Positions 41,181 to 59,394 of a stretch of 64,000 nt of DNA are shown in pieces. The position numbers and the translations under genes are program-made. Within the stretch, counting starts at the first letter, position 1, and every line of letters begins with the position of its first letter. Source of the stretch: the human T2T-CHM13v2.0 reference genome, Homo sapiens; the NCBI RefSeq assembly GCF_009914755.1, contig NC_060930.1. One strand, given 5' to 3'. The notes beneath the pieces were generated by a model, which was not told the DNA's origin, did not search any database, and saw only the letters and a program-made list of their open reading frames with translations.

Positions 41181-41928
41181 TGATGTATGTAGGAGGCAGT
41201 TAAGGGGGAGGGTCCCTGGAGAATCTCTGACCCGCCTCACAAGTGTTTGCATCAGATGCTTTTGTACAGACGAGGGAACCCACCCAGGGCCTTGTTTGGG
41301 CATACCCACAACGAACTGGGGGACCCACCTGCACACTGGGAGACCCACCTGCACACTGGGAGAGTGGGGTGGAGACACTGGGAAGATGGTGCCTTGTGCA
41401 CCAGGAAGGAGCCTGGTCTCTTCGGCAAGTGTGTGTGGTGACCTGGTATTCAATCTGGGAGGTGAGACCCTGTTGGCAGGACTCCTTTTTTTCACTGAGA
41501 GCTTTCTTTTAATAAATTTTGCTCTCCTCACCTTTTTTTTTTTTTTTTTTCTGAGATGGAGTCTCGCTCTGTCGCCCAGGCTGGAGTGCAGTGGTGCGAT
41601 CTCGGCTCACTGCAAGCTCCGCCTCCCAGGTTCACACCATTCTCCTGCCTCAGCCTCCTGAGTAGCTGGGACTACAGGCGCCCGCTCACGCCCGACTAAT
41701 TTTTTTGTATTTTTAGTAGAGACAGGGTTTCACCATGTTAGCCAGGATGGTCTCGATCTCCTGACCTCGTGATCCACCCGCCTGGGCCTCCCAAAGTGCT
41801 GGGATTACAGGCGTGAGCCACCGTGCCCGGCCTCCTCATCTTTTAATGTTTCTGCGTGCCTAACTTTTTCTGTTAGTGGGACAAGAACCCAGATTTTAGC
41901 TGAGCTAAGGAGCAAAAATCCTGCATCA
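41181..41928 (+). mobile_element. MER61-family 3' LTR interrupted by AluY
   Basis: TGATG...TTTTAGCTGAGCTAAGGAGCAAAAATCCTGCATCA; followed by TSD ATTA (41929-41932); 20-bp tandem duplication at 41322-41361. Confidence 0.88.
41533..41832 (-). mobile_element. AluY
   Basis: Y diagnostics TGCAAGCTCCGCCTCC, CCATTCTCC, GCCAGGATGGTCTCGATCTCC; CpG-rich; TSD TCCTCACC(TTTT)/TCCTCATCTTTT. Confidence 0.95.
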
Positions 41929-42434
41929 ATTATAAGAAAATATAGTATAATAATAATTTTAATTATCTTATGATTAAAAGGAAGATAATGAATGATTATT
42001 CTTAGAACTGATCCCTGGTGAAATATAATTATGACAATAGACTCTATGGTATGGCATTGATAAATACTGAGTTAAAATTTGAGGCATAAAGAGATAATCA
42101 ATAACAAGAACCTGAGCAATCCAACTTTGCTACCTCAAGAATAAAATCAGAGGCTTTGCATTATTCCTGGCTTCTACCCTCTGTGTATGACGTCCTCTGG
42201 GAACCATCTTTCTGATGGTGCAGAAGGTTTCAGGTTCGTTGTCCTTAAGTTACTTCTCCCTAGGGTTACCTCTCCATGTTGACAGGTGAAAGAGATTTTT
42301 TTTTTCTAGGAGGTTCAGTTTTCTTACTGACACAGAATTCCCATAGACTCAGTGATGTCTTTGGCAAGCTGCTGCCGGGATGTTAATATTTTGATAAAGT
42401 GAAATAGTCAAAACTTTATAGTCAAATATGTCTG

Positions 42435-42580
42435 TACTAGAAACCTTGTTTTGCCACTTCTACAAACCTACATTACCTTGTCTATAATGGGGGAACTTAA
42501 TGTCTATATCTCAGGGCTTTTATTTTAATTAATGGTGAGTTATATAAAGCATCAACATTTGAAATGCACTAGAAAAATGT
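42435..42580 (+). mobile_element. MIR fragment
   Basis: TTTTGCCACTT...CTTGTCTATAATGGGGGAAC...TCTCAGGG...TATATAAAGCA resembles the MIR core and 3' part. Confidence 0.5.
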
Positions 42581-42779
42581 TATTTACTCTTTTCCTCATT
42601 GGTTTTTATTTGTTTCTGGTCTTGTTTGCAAGTCTTGAAATGCTGAGTGAATTCTGTTGTAAGACCTTTTTGTCTTTCTTTCCTTCGAAAATGATTTCTT
42701 CTCCCTTTTCCTGTCCTCTTCATCTATGATTATGGAGGAAATCTGAAAATAGGAGAGAAGATATGTAAGTGCCTTTAAC

Positions 42780-43600
42780 ACCTGCTTCATAACAAACATG
42801 CTGAGAATTTAGTGGCATACAACAAAAAATATTTTATTTTCATGAATTCACAGGTCCGGAATTCAGAGAGAGCACAGTAGAGATGTTCATCTTTGGTTTA
42901 GTTACTTGAATATGATTTCTTTTGTTTCTAGGAGAAAAGAGGCTGATAATCTTTCCCATACACATTTAACATACAATGGTAATCTGGGTGTACAATAACT
43001 GTAATAGACACCCCAAAACTTGCAGGGGAGAAGCAAGCATTCAATCACCAGTCCTTCACATTCTGAAACAGTTGGGCATGTGTTCCCAGTTTCTTGATTA
43101 GGGCCCCATCCCTAAAAATGATTGTCCTTAGCTCTTAATTTCTTATCTATTGGTTTATATTTCATTCCATTAGACAGAATCTACACCCACAATTATCTTG
43201 AAGATAAGCCTTCTTCTTTTCGACCCTTGTAAAGAAATGGTGCAACTATGCTTTTAAGAAGTTAGAAGCGTTGTTGTCTAGCCAAGAGAGTCAATGGGGC
43301 ATGCACTTAGATTCTTAGAGAATTTTTTGCTGAACTTAGAAGGCATTTGAAAAAATGCTTTATATCTTTCTGAGGTCTTAACAAAGGCCTTTCTGCCACA
43401 CCCTGGATTCCCAGAGGCCATGTTTTACTGGCAATATTCCGGATTTCTTTGATCTTTGTCCTGAGACCATCTATTACTTTGAAAATGTTTCCTTGGCTGG
43501 AAAGACTGCCCTAGCCCCAGATAGTTCCTAAAAATTCTAACAAAAAGTAAAAAGTTATTTCTTTAAATCATCTATCTCTTTCCAAACTTTATCTAAAACA
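42780..43600 (-). mobile_element. Old MLT1 LTR fragment plus MLT1-internal-like sequence
   Basis: CATAACAAACA...ATTTAGTGGCATACAACAA...GGAATTCAG resembles an MLT1 LTR end; AACATACAATGG...GTAATAGACACCCCC resembles MLT1-int. Confidence 0.5.
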
Positions 43601-44799
43601 ACGGTTGTCAAGAGACCGGGATTCCATTTTTCCTTAATGGATATAGCAGCTTCCAAGGGAAGGGTTGAGGGGTGCAGCTTACAAGAAACAGCATTATTAC
43701 AGAAGGATGACTAGGGAAAAAGAGTGGAAAGAGGAAGACTTCCACAACAAAGTACAGTAAAAATAAAATATGCTCAGAAGGCATTGGACTCTAGTGTGAC
43801 ACACAATATTCCATTCTCCTCTGTCTTGGGTTAATTTTTATGTTGATATTTACGCAAAATGTTAAGCTGTCTAAAATAGTCTGCAATTAAGTCTGTCTTC
43901 ATGCATGGCTCCTCAAAACAAAAGTGCACTTTTATTACAGTACTCAATATTAGATCCCAGAAAAAAAATAAAATCCCCCTAAATTTTAAGTCTATCTGAG
44001 ACACAATATTTTAGAAACTGGCAAAATAAGAGAAACAGAAAAATATACAGAGCAGGAGTGTTTCCAGAATAAAAGAGTAATACAAAAAAAAGAAAAAAAT
44101 GTAAAAAAAAAGTGTTTTGAATAATATATAGTTACTGGCATTACATTCGATAAAGAGATTGAATAAAATATACATTCAGAAGAAACAATTGAACTTTGAA
44201 TTCAGAAATTATTAAAGATTTAAAGGACCAGATAAAGTATAATACATAGTTGATTGTCAGAAATGAGAATTCAATCAGTTAAGAACTGAATATTTTCAGA
44301 GGAAGCAGAGCAGTAAGCGTAGAAGATATCCAAGGATGAAAATTGATGGGCATTAGCGTGCTGGAGAAACGAGATTAAGTGAAGCATTTTGCTTTTGTTT
44401 TTATTTTGTTGGGGATCAACTCTAAAAGACTGAAGATAAAAACAGAGAAAGTCAGGGAGACCAGAAGAATGCAAATAAGTTCAGCTGCTCCCTGCTTGAT
44501 GATATTCAAGTTAGGATACTATAATATAAAAAGAAAAAGTTTGTATTCTTTCAAATAAACATTTAATGAAAATGTTTTAGGCCATTTGGAACATGAACTT
44601 ATTTTATTCCACTTCTTTAAGTTATAAGAGGTCCTTCCCACCATTTTGGAGTTTGGTACAGGATTCATAAATACACGTAGAGATTATGAACAAGGCTCTA
44701 AATCAATACAGCTACAGGACAATGCACATAACAAAGATTACATGTTCTTGTTTGCTAATTGTAGTAATGTTCAATGAGCTTTAGCTAAACCTTGTTTGA

Positions 44800-45080
44800 T
44801 CTTCATGCAATAAAATACTCCAAGTTGCTAGTAGGACACCCAGCTGGTAGTACCCAACAGGAAATTGAAAATGAAGAATTAGTGAGGGAGTGGTTTAGAC
44901 TAGAGATGTGTATTTGAAAGATATTATCATAAAATTGAAAGCTGACACACTGGGAGCAGATGTTATTGCCACAGAACATAAAAGAGAAGAGCTTGGCAAA
45001 AAGAAACGGGAAATGCTTATATTTGTGGCATGAGAGTAGGAAGAGGGTTGGTACTGTGGATATTAAGCAGAGAAAGTGAT
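44800..45080 (-). mobile_element. L2 fragment
   Basis: Purine-rich strand; TTTAGACTAGAGATGTGTATTTGAAAG...GGGAGCAGATG is a reverse-complement L2 RT-region motif. Confidence 0.5.
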
Positions 45081-45149
45081 TAAAATAACGTGATTTATTT
45101 TTTAAAATTTAAAAGATTTAGAAATCCCAATGAAATATCAAAATAACCA

Positions 45150-46989
<1,840 letters not shown>

Positions 46990-46990
<1 letters not shown>

Positions 46991-47105
46991 CCTTCCTTGT
47001 TTTCCTCTCTCCTCCCTCCATCCCCCCCTTCCTTCCTTCCTTCCTTCCTTCCTTTTCTTTCTTTCTTCCTCCTTTCTTCTCTTTCTTTCTTTTTTTTCTT
47101 TATTT
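46990..47105. repeat. CT-rich (CCTT/CTTT)n simple repeat
   Basis: Near-pure polypyrimidine tract. Confidence 0.9.
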
Positions 47106-47759
47106 AGCTAGTATAAATCATATCGCTTGCACCTTTTTTCTCTCCTTCGATTTAGAAAAGTTTTGAATTAGGACAACTCTTTTATGAGTCTAGGTAAGGG
47201 TCATTAACTTCACTGTGAGGAGGATAATGATGACTAGGTCAAAAGCTAAGGCAAGAAACTTGGAAAATCTGAAACCTCCCGAATCAAATCTTCACATTCA
47301 AGCTCAATTATAATTTTCCTTACTCCTTTACTCTTACCTTTTCTCCCAATTTCATCCTTCCCTTCATTCTTCTTTTCTTCTTTAGTTCAATTAATTTCCA
47401 GGTTATCAATTTCACATGCAGATGGAAACATACACGTTAATTCCAAATCAAAGGGTCTTATAACTAGAATTGTTATTTAATATTTAAGTGTCATTCTGTC
47501 GGAATTTTTCCATTTTGTAGAAAAATCTGAACATATTTGAATGTTTTCATATTCACTTCAGATATTTATAAAATCAATTTCCAGGAATGTGAATTGCCCA
47601 ATGATCATAAGATTTTCGTTGTTTTAAACATTTTACCATTTCAAAGGAAATAAGGCTTTATCTTCAATGGTCCATATCTTTTTAAAGCATATTGAATTTG
47701 TTTTTACAATCTTTGATGAACATGTGAAGCCATAATTAGAATGGAGCTTTACTCTAAAA

Positions 47760-47960
47760 CTGATATTGGCAAACTATAGTGCACGAGCTAAATCTTACCC
47801 CCTTGCAGGGCAAACATAATTCTGTCCATAAATTACATATTGTCTATGCCTATTTTCATCCTGCAATAGCAAGTGTGACTACTAGCAACAGATACTGTAT
47901 CTCCCACAAAGCTGCAGATATTTACTATCTGGCCCTTTACAGAAATAATTTTCCATGATT
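47760..47960. mobile_element. MER58A-like hAT-Charlie fossil
   Basis: TTGGCAAACTATAG...TTACATATTGTCTATG...ATATTTACTATCTGGCCCTTTACAGAAA. Confidence 0.8.
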
Positions 47961-49149
47961 TTCCTTGGCATGCAATTTAGACTAGAGCAGAAGTAGATTT
48001 ACACATTTTATTTAAACCAACTTCGGAAAATTGTAAACCTGGTGGCTGTGGTTTCACACAGAAAAATATCTGTACCAGCTTTTTAAATACTTAGATTCAC
48101 AACAGCATACATTATGAATTAGACATTGAAAAATGATGATTAAAAATGTTCTAAACTTTTTCCTGATTTTATATATGGATATGATGATTTTAGGTCCAAC
48201 CTAACAATTCTTACTTTCCTGGTTTGAACTTCAGTCAGGTAGGTATGTTGAGTTTCCAGCTTCCTGGGGAGTGGCTCAGAATCCTGGCTTCAGGTAAACA
48301 TTCTCCTCAGTTGTATCCCTCCAGGGTTATGTGGGGAGAAGGCAGAGGCTTCTTGTTCATGCCACAGTCTGGGTTGCCTCACTTTCCTGTGTGGCTTCCA
48401 GTTTTGACATTATCTAAATAACTAATTCCTCATCTAGCATTTATTTATTTTAAGAGAAATCTCTGTGCTTTTTTGTTTAATTTTAGAAATTGGTTGTTTA
48501 CTGATACACTTTGGGGGAAAATCTGGAAATGATTTTGAACCAGTATGTGTGTTGAGGAGGTGTTGGCTACCTGCCTGGCAAAAGATAATTGGAAGTGGCA
48601 GTGAGTTATTATTGAAGTGGCCATGCCATTCTGGTGAGGAGTTCTTTTCTGTCACCACCATGAAAATATCATTCTACTGGCTTTTTGCTAAGAAGTCTGC
48701 TGTTAATCTCAGAGACTTTTTTAAAAATGCATTTTTTCCATGACTTGCTTTTGAGATCTTTGTTTTTCTTCAGTGGTCTACAGCTTTACTACAATATTTG
48801 AAGGTAAGTTTCTTTCTGTTAATCCTAATTGAGAGAAGCTGTGCTTTCTGAATGTAAATATTCACATCATTCATCAATTAAGCAAAAATCTCGATTCAAT
48901 TATATGTATTCATTCTTTTATGCACATTCCCCACTTATTCATACATTTCAAAATGTATTATTCTTTTTGGTCAATATAGGGCATCTTTCTTGTTTTTTTC
49001 TTGCTTTAATTATCCTTATGTATTCACAGTTTGCAATAACATTTTTATAAAATAAGAGAAAATGAAGTTCAAATCATATTTTATATAAAAATATCTTTCT
49101 AATATGTAAACTATTTTTTGTATATGGAGATAATTTCTGTGCAAGGAAT

Positions 49150-49770
49150 CTTTACTTATATAAATGACATTAAATTATGTAACCTTATTATATTATTTTT
49201 ATTGTTCATTCAGCACTCTTTAAAAATTACCCTTACATGTGATATAGCTAGTTCATTTCTTTCTGATGCATTATAGTTTTTCAGATATGCATATATCACA
49301 TTGTACATAGACAATCTCCTTGTGATTGTCTTCAATGAATAATTTCTACAAAGTATTTTTTACTCAATATCTATTTTATGTTCTCCTAATAGACCTCTGG
49401 GAAAATTTTTTTAAAGTAGTGTACACTCAGAGTGCCAGATTGCACTCTTGTAATTTAGAGCAGGAGGCACAGCTACCAAAACTGCATGAAGCTTTCCATT
49501 TCCCTGTATTTCCACAAAATTTTGGCATTATCAGGTTTTTGAATGTTTGACAGGACAAAATATGTCAAGTTGTTATTTTATTATTGTTTCAATTTGCATT
49601 TTAAAATTAATAATGTCTGAGAACTTATTCCTACCTTTGTGAGTCTTTGAGGTTTCCTTTTTTGCTGATTTCTAACTCATATTATTATTTGGCTTTTAAG
49701 ATTGTTGGCTTTTTCTTGTGGATATGCTGAAGTGTTCTATTATTTATATATTAAACACATTATCAGGAAA
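49150..49770 (-). mobile_element. Old L1ME fragment
   Basis: GCTAGTTCATTT...TATATCACA, TTTGGCATTATCAG, GTTTCAATTTGCATTT are reverse-complement L1 3' motifs. Confidence 0.5.
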
Positions 49771-50556
49771 ATGTAAGCCTAAGATAAAACTTATCTCTAC
49801 AGTTTAGGCATTGGCATTTAGGTGGTGGCCTAGACAGATTCAAATGCTGTTTCAAAAACCCAGATGCTTTGACCTTAGAACGCTTAAGTCGAAAGTAAGA
49901 TTTAGATAGTTATTTGTTTTTTAAAATAAATATTGTTACCAATGTTTGGCTGATTACTGAAGTGTATAAATAGATCGACATAGTTTTTGTTCCATTTGGC
50001 CTTTAGGACTTTACTTTCTCTTATTTATATGCAGCTATTATGAATCTCATAATGTGGTAAGGAGGAACCATAATTTACAAGGAAGAATCATGATACTAAG
50101 TTTCCTTACTAATTATTATGATGGCAATTCTCAATTACAGGCTTATGAAAATGGAGCCAGTGGGAAATATTCAGAAATCACATACACACAAATAAGCAGA
50201 CACATAAACATGATGTTTAATCTTGTCTTATTTTCTTCCTTTTGTAATTTTGAAGTTTGGATAGTTTCCTTAAATTAAAAAAAAAATTGAACCACTGTAC
50301 TTGGTCTAATTTGGAGACAAGCATATGATGACAAACTCATCAACTATTTGTACTCAAGTATGTCAACAAGCTGTTCAGAGAAATATAATATTTTATATAA
50401 TTTAGATATAGCATAAATATATTTCAAAATTAACATATGGCTTTGGTTTTAAATAGAAACATTTTAACATATCTCACAATTATTTTAAAATTACATTTTA
50501 CCTCCTGGATTAAATTTTGAAATTCCATGCAATCCTGTGAAAAATATTCTACATTT

Positions 50557-50892
50557 GCCGGAAGTGGTGGCTCACGCTTGTAATCCTAGCACTTTGGGAG
50601 GCCGAAGCGAGTGGATCACATGAGGTCAGGAGTTCAAGACCAGCCTGGCCAACATGGCAAAGCCCTGTCTCTACTAAAAATATGAAAAGTAGCCAGGCAT
50701 GGTGGCAGGTGCCTGTAATCCCAGCTACTCAGGAGGCTGAAGCACAAGAATCACTTGAACCTGGGGGACAGAGATTGCAGTGAGCTGAGATCCTGCCACT
50801 TCATCACTCCAGCCTGGGCGAAAGAGTGAAACTCCATCTCAAAAAAATAAATAAATAAATAAATAAATAAAATAAATAATAAAAAATAAAAA
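50557..50892 (+). mobile_element. AluS (Sx/Sz-like) with (AAAT)n tail
   Basis: Full dimer with GGATCACATGAGGTCAGGAGTTCAAGACCAGCCTGGCCAACATGG. Confidence 0.95.
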
Positions 50893-51755
50893 GAAATGAT
50901 GAGCAAGTGGCCCTAGGAAAATTATATTACAAAACTACACATAAAAAGAATTTGTTCATAAAGATAGTGATCCCATGATTACTATTCCTAGGAGAGAGTG
51001 ACATCTTGACATAGCTAGTGCTGTTTAACATAATAAAATGGGCAAACTACATAAAGTTTGCATGCTACAATTGCCATTATTTTTCAAGATACCATTTATC
51101 TACTATGAGACTCAGTGTTCTACTTGCTCTTTATGGTTTTCAGTAATAATTGTGAAAACAATTATGAGATAATCATTCTATAGCATTTTCCACATGTCAT
51201 GTCTCTGTAACCAAATCATAAAATATATTTATTTTTAGGCAGAAGATTTTGCATAAACTTGTTCTCTTCAGCTTGAACAAAGTTTTGGAGAATGTAACTG
51301 CATTATCTATCCATCAGTAAGTCTTTAATGCCAACATGGAAATAGTAATAGGAAAATTTAGGCAAATGTTAAGACAGTATACCTGGATAATACCAAATAT
51401 CTCACAAGGCAAATAAAAATAAACGGATTCCATTATTCTTTTTTGGCATTGAATTTTCCAAGTTCAATGTTTCTCATAGCCTAAAAGACATCTCCAGATT
51501 TATCCAAAAGGCAAATATAAAGTTTTAGAAATAATGCCATTAAATTTGTTTTATAGATTTACTCTTCTTATGCATGTGTGAATATTTTTGAGAGCTGGTT
51601 ATAATCATATTTGAATAAATTTTTAGAAATATCAAAACTATTTGCAATATATATTAGAAAGGGAGAAGAAATTATGCTTTTAAATGCTTCAAATATTTTA
51701 TTGCTTCAAATACAACACAGGCATAGCCATTTAAAAATAACATTTGTCTTTTTCA

Positions 51756-52063
51756 GGCCACGTGTGGTGGCTTACATTTGTAATCCCAACATTTTGGGAT
51801 GTCGAGGCAGGTGGATATTCTGAGCTCAGGAATTTGAGGCCAGCCTGGGAAACATGGTGAAACCCCGTCTTTATCAAAAATACAAAAAGTTAGCTATGTG
51901 TGGTGGTGCACACTTGTGGTCCCAGCTACTCGGGAGGCTGAGGTTGGAGGATCTCTTGACACTGTGGGGCAGAGGTTGCAGTGAGCTGAGATCGCGCCAC
52001 TGAACTCCAACCTGGGCGACAGCGTGTGACCCTGTCTCAAAATAATGATAATAATAACAATAA
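51756..52063 (+). mobile_element. Old Alu (AluJb-like)
   Basis: TGAGCTCAGGA, GGAGGATCTCTTG, GACCCTGTCTC; (AAT)n tail. Confidence 0.9.
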
Positions 52064-53044
52064 CACTTGACTCTAAAAAAAAGTAGTTTAAATTTAAACT
52101 ATGAATGGACAATAACAAATGTCTTAGAATAGTAAAAAATGTTATTCTTTAAAAATGTGAAGAGACATGATGTATTTTTATATTTTGTAACCTATAAACC
52201 TTCATCAAGTAAAACGCACTCATCTTTGTATCAACTAAAAACTTCTGTTAATAGGCATCTTCATGAAACTATAGTGCAATAAAATTCATCTGTGTAACTA
52301 CAAGCATGAAGAAATAAAACAATTCTGATTTCACATCCTTCCAATTACTTATTGGAATAACTTGGGCAATTCAATAAACATTTGAGCCTTCACGGTTTTG
52401 AATGAAGCTCACCAAATCAGCAAGCACCTTACCTCTTGCTAAAAACTCAAGGCTAATTCCAACTTAAATCTTACTCCTGAACCTGTCTGGTCAGGCAAAG
52501 GAGAGAGAGAGAAGAATGAAAATGAAGAGAGAACTGAAAAATGTACAAATATGGGCAGTATATATAAAGTCCAGTAACCCAAACAGCTGCCTAGATAAAT
52601 AAAGCAGGCCTGCTTCACCTTGTCCATTACAGGCAGAAAAAGAAGCCGAGAAGAACTCAGTTGTATGCCCCATGACTAGCTAGAAGTTGACCTAGGACAT
52701 TCAGTTAATTGGTTAGTAATCCTAACAGAATCCTGACACAGGCTGCCACTCTGTGGTGCCCAGACATCCTTAAACACTCAAAAAGCTTTGGCTCTCTTCC
52801 CAAATCAGTGAATAGAAGCCTGTGCATTTCTCTCTGACTGCCAACAAACAGATCCTAGCACATAATAAAGGCAGCCGTGATGAATATCAAGCTTGCAAAT
52901 ATTTGATTGCCAAATCCTCTCCCCTTGGATAAAAGACATTATGAAGGAGCAAAAATATTATATCCAAGTCTCTCTTGAAAACTAAAAAAAAAAAACAAAA
53001 AAATTGTTGAAGTTCTCTCCTTAGTTCTCTCTCCAAGAGTTCTC

Positions 53045-55050
<2,006 letters not shown>

Positions 55051-57552
55051 TACTCTTTGAGAGCACAAAGTTTATTCTCCAAATTCCACTGCTATTGTTT
55101 GCCTTTGTCTCCATAACAAATATAACATCTTCAATATTGCATATTTCCCTTGAACTTGCTCAGGTTTCAGATACTTTTTATTGTTCTCTGATCATAGATA
55201 TATATTTTCCTTAAGTTTTCTAGCTCCAATAATACCTTTGAAGCAATGCGGATTTTTTAAAATTGTTGTATGTTTGTGGGTTGTTCTATTGCAGTGGAAT
55301 GGAATATTTGTATCTTGTTTTCATCATTAGTTTATTCAAGATCTAGTTGAATTATACCAGAAAGTCCCATAATGCTGAAAACAAACACAAAGCAAGATTT
55401 ACAATTGCATGATTTATATATTTTTTCTTTGCACTTAAAATTTATAATATAATTGATCCCTATTTTTATATAAATGTAACTGGTTTGTCTGAGCATAGAT
55501 TTGTGCTTTCAATAGTTCTCAGTCATGCTACTTCAGATGTTTGCCTATTATATAGCATTTCAGTTTTTCTTTCAATTCTCCCCCAGAATAGTTTGGTTAT
55601 TTTCTAACCTATTTATCTTAATTGGTGAGTTTATGATACATCATCATCTAACATAAATGTTTAATTTTAATTTTAGTATTGTATTCTGGATTTTTATTAC
55701 CTCTTTTCTCTTTGCTACATGTATAGCCTGTGTTGAATTTTCATTTTGTTAACCCTTAAAAGACTAGATATTAACTAAGCATTATTGAATTAAGCTATAA
55801 TAGAACATATCTTGCATCTTCAAATGGCTTTGAAAACGCCTAGTTTATTTCAGTTCTTATAAATGTTAATTTTCTAATATAATTATCACTTTTGTTACTA
55901 TTGTTAGTTTCTGTATTAAGACACTTTCTTACTTTGCCTGCCAAACTATTGTTTCTATCCTATAAGGTAAAAATACATGTTAAACTCTTTCAAAAAAATT
56001 GAATAAGACTAGGCAATAACAAACAATTGGCCATATAATGCTTTTTAATTTCATGGAGTCAATATACATGACTGTAAAAAGAAAATGATTTCTGAGAATA
56101 TATTGAGTGTTTGTTTTACATAATATTTATGTGACATAGGGGACATTATAGGGAATTTTTAAATATATGTTTTACCTCAATACTCTAGCATATTCCTCTA
56201 AAGGAACAGGAGGAGTCTTTGACACATTACAGATTTTTTTTGTAAATGACTACTCTTTCTGTACATTGAGAAACATTGTCTTTCAATTTACAATGAATTA
56301 GGCAGTGGCAAAGATTTGAAATACAAAGATTTTTAAAATTCATCTACATGCAATAAAAACTGACCAAAGAAGGAAAATAGAAATACATATTACTATTATA
56401 TGCCATTGGTTCTATGTGAGCATATTAATCTAACTTTCTGTTGTTTAAGAAGGAGAAAAATACACTTCTACAGATATAAAAATACTGTTATCACTAACAA
56501 TATGAATTAAAACATAAATATATGAGCCCATTTATTAGACAAGACTATTTGATATTTGTCTCTAACAAATCTATATTCTTTTTTTACTAACTTAATATTA
56601 TTGGCATGCCATTTTGTTGTACAGTTTAAGAAGATAAAAGCCAATAAAAGCTATGTGTAAATAAAACCACTCTTACAGCATATAATGTCATGTCACAAAA
56701 GGTATATTTACTCCCAACAGCTTGGTATTTATGTGCTGTGATATAGAAATCTCTCAACATTATCTTTGTATGTATAGCCCCAGGTACTTTGCATGTCTCA
56801 CAACATTACGAATGGATAACTGAATCTCCCAACTTAAAAGCCTTTGTGGAATTCATACTCTATCAGAACAAAGCATTAGTATTTGACATTTTAGACTAAT
56901 GATTTTGGAAGAGAAGTGTACAATTATTCGATATTTCTTTATGTATTCTCCAATTCAGTAATCACATGGCCTTCAGTCACAAGATTCTGGTTCTGTGGGC
57001 ATGGAAATATTGAAAGGAACAATTTTAAAAAATACTAGATGCCGTAATCTGAAAGTAATCTTCATAACTCTTGTAGTAATAATCATTAAGTATTTACGGT
57101 GAACTGCTTCTTCTACCATTCTTTGTTGGTGTTTTCTTTTTCTTTCTCTATTTTTTTAAATGAATCTGGAGGTTTGCCAAGCATAGCAAATGGACAAGCA
57201 ACAGGAGATTGTTGTCAACACATGACCCGGCAGAGACACTAACATCTTTGAGCCAATGCCAACTGTGTTGCCATGAACACTGTTGGTTTTCTAATAGATG
57301 AGAATAAATAAAAGTTACTGATAGATCTGTTTTAAAGGTCACTTTGGATCTTCAGCATGCACTTAGATCATTTAAACTATTATCTGAAAGTAAAAATGTT
57401 ACCATTCAACCCTTCTTCTGTAACTAATATTTCGATCCTTTACACTGAATTCTGTTAATAAATCCTCTACTCTCAATGAGATATGCTATAGTTTGGGTTA
57501 AAAGCTTGCGATTTTTTTCAGTTCTTTGATGTTGATATTTATAGTGATGTTT

Positions 57553-57912
57553 TGTGTTTCAGTTTGTTTGGGCAGTTATAATAGAATACAATAGAGTGGG
57601 TGACTTATAAACAAAAAAATATTAATTTTACAGGTTGAGGTGTTGGGAAGTCCAAGACCAAAGTGCCAGCGGATTCGCTATCTGTCGAGGATCAACTTCC
57701 TGATTCATAGATGGCTTTAGTCTTGCTTTAACTTTGATGGGAGGGTGAATGAACTCTCTGGGCTTCTTTTATATTGGCACCAATGCAATTTATGAGGGTT
57801 GAGCTATCATGATTTAATCACCTCTGAAAGGCCCCACTTTTAATACCATCACTTTGAGAGTTAGGATTTCAACATTAATTTTGGTGGGACAAAAATATTC
57901 AGTACATAGCAG
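57553..57912 (-). mobile_element. MLT1A0/MLT1A-like MaLR solo LTR
   Basis: GGGAAGTCCAAGACCAAAGTGCCAGCGGATTCG...TAATCACCTCTGAAAGGCCCCAC...GTTAGGATTTCAACAT...TTCAGTACATAGCA. Confidence 0.85.
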
Positions 57913-58149
57913 TTTATAAAACACTGATGATAGTAGATAAATGGTGATTTGTATGTTGTTCCTTTTTATTCACTAGCTAGCTAACTTTTTATAACTACAG
58001 TAACAAAAAAAACTCATTAAATCAAGTTTTTACCTAGAAATGCCTTTTAAAATTAAATACAAATTTTAATTATCAGTATTTATTTTTAACTTATACTTAA
58101 TATTATCTAGTGTTGGAAATTAGAAATCTAACTGGTTCTTCCTTAACTG

Positions 58150-58430
58150 ATGCCTAAATCATTTATGTAATGTCTGGAATAGACTATTATATAGAAGAAG
58201 AAAATAGATTAGTGGTTGCTTAAGGGCTATGAAGTAGGGTGAGAGGATAAGGAGGTGATAACTAATGTGCATGGGGTTTATTTTTGCAGCCATAAAAAGA
58301 GTTGTAACATTGACTAGCATGATGACTGCACATGTCTATGATACACTAAACATTATTAAATTCAATGCCATAAATAGGTGTTATATGATATTTGAATAAT
58401 AGCTCAATAAAGCTGTAAAAAACAAACAAG
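58150..58430 (+). mobile_element. L1MB-type 3' end
   Basis: AATAGATTAGTGGTTGCTTAAGGGCT...CTCAATAAAGCTGT plus A-rich tail. Confidence 0.75.
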
Positions 58431-58482
58431 AAACTATTTTTTAGCCATATTTGAATAAAGAATGGCTACATATTCTCCAACA

Positions 58483-58802
58483 TTTTCTTAAGTCTATTTT
58501 GTGCTGCTATAACAAAATTTGTGAGACTGGGTAATTTGTAAAGAACAGAAATTTATTTCTTACAGCTGTAAAGTCTGGAACATCCAAGATTGAGATGCCA
58601 GCATCTGGTGTCCAGTGAAGGACTTTGGCAGATGGCAGAAGATCAAAAGGGGTGATAACCCTTCTGCAAGCCCTCCCATTCATGAGGGTGGAGCCCTCAT
58701 TACTCAGTCACCTTCCAAAGGCCACACTTCTCAATTCTGTTGCATTAGGAATTAAATTTCAACATGAATTATGGAGGGAACAAAAACATTCAAACTATAG
58801 CA
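58483..58802 (-). mobile_element. MST-type (MSTC/MSTD-like) MaLR solo LTR
   Basis: GTGCTGCTATAACAAAA...AGACTGGGTAATTTGTAAAGAACAGAAATTTATTTC...CATTCATGAGGGTGGAGCCCTCA...ACATTCAAACTATAGCA. Confidence 0.85.
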
Positions 58803-59394
58803 ACTACGAAGCTCAACTAGAGCATTCAGTTGATAAGAAGCTGGGTGGTGTCCTAGTTCAATGATGAAAGTTAAATGCTTTGAGAGAAAAGAGAGAAACA
58901 AGAAACTCCCAAATGGAAATGTGCCAGAAAATAAGACATTGTGTTAAATTTATTTATTTTTTATGATGCAAATAGATTTGTACAATATCTTATTGTATAT
59001 TTGTTCAGAGTGTTTTGTAAAATTGATATTATTTGGAAGGTGAGAAGAAGCTTTAAGAGAGGAAGCAGAGAGGTAGATGATAAATTGGTGATACATATCA
59101 TTTTTAGAATAGAACAGAATATTTTATATACAACAGTTTACTATTGTGGTTTTTTCTAAGTGGTGAGATTATAGAAAACTTTGTTTTTTAGTTTGGTTTA
59201 TCTATGATTTTAATTTTTTTCTAATGAATACATGTAAATTGGGAAATGAAAATAAACACACTTAATACTTATTTTGTATTAAACTCCCTAATATTTTTAA
59301 ACGTATTACTTTCTTTAGACTAGAAAGGTAGAAAAACCCCTAGGGGAAATGATTTTTTGGAAATAGGTGACAGGGAATGTCATACTTAACTCAG

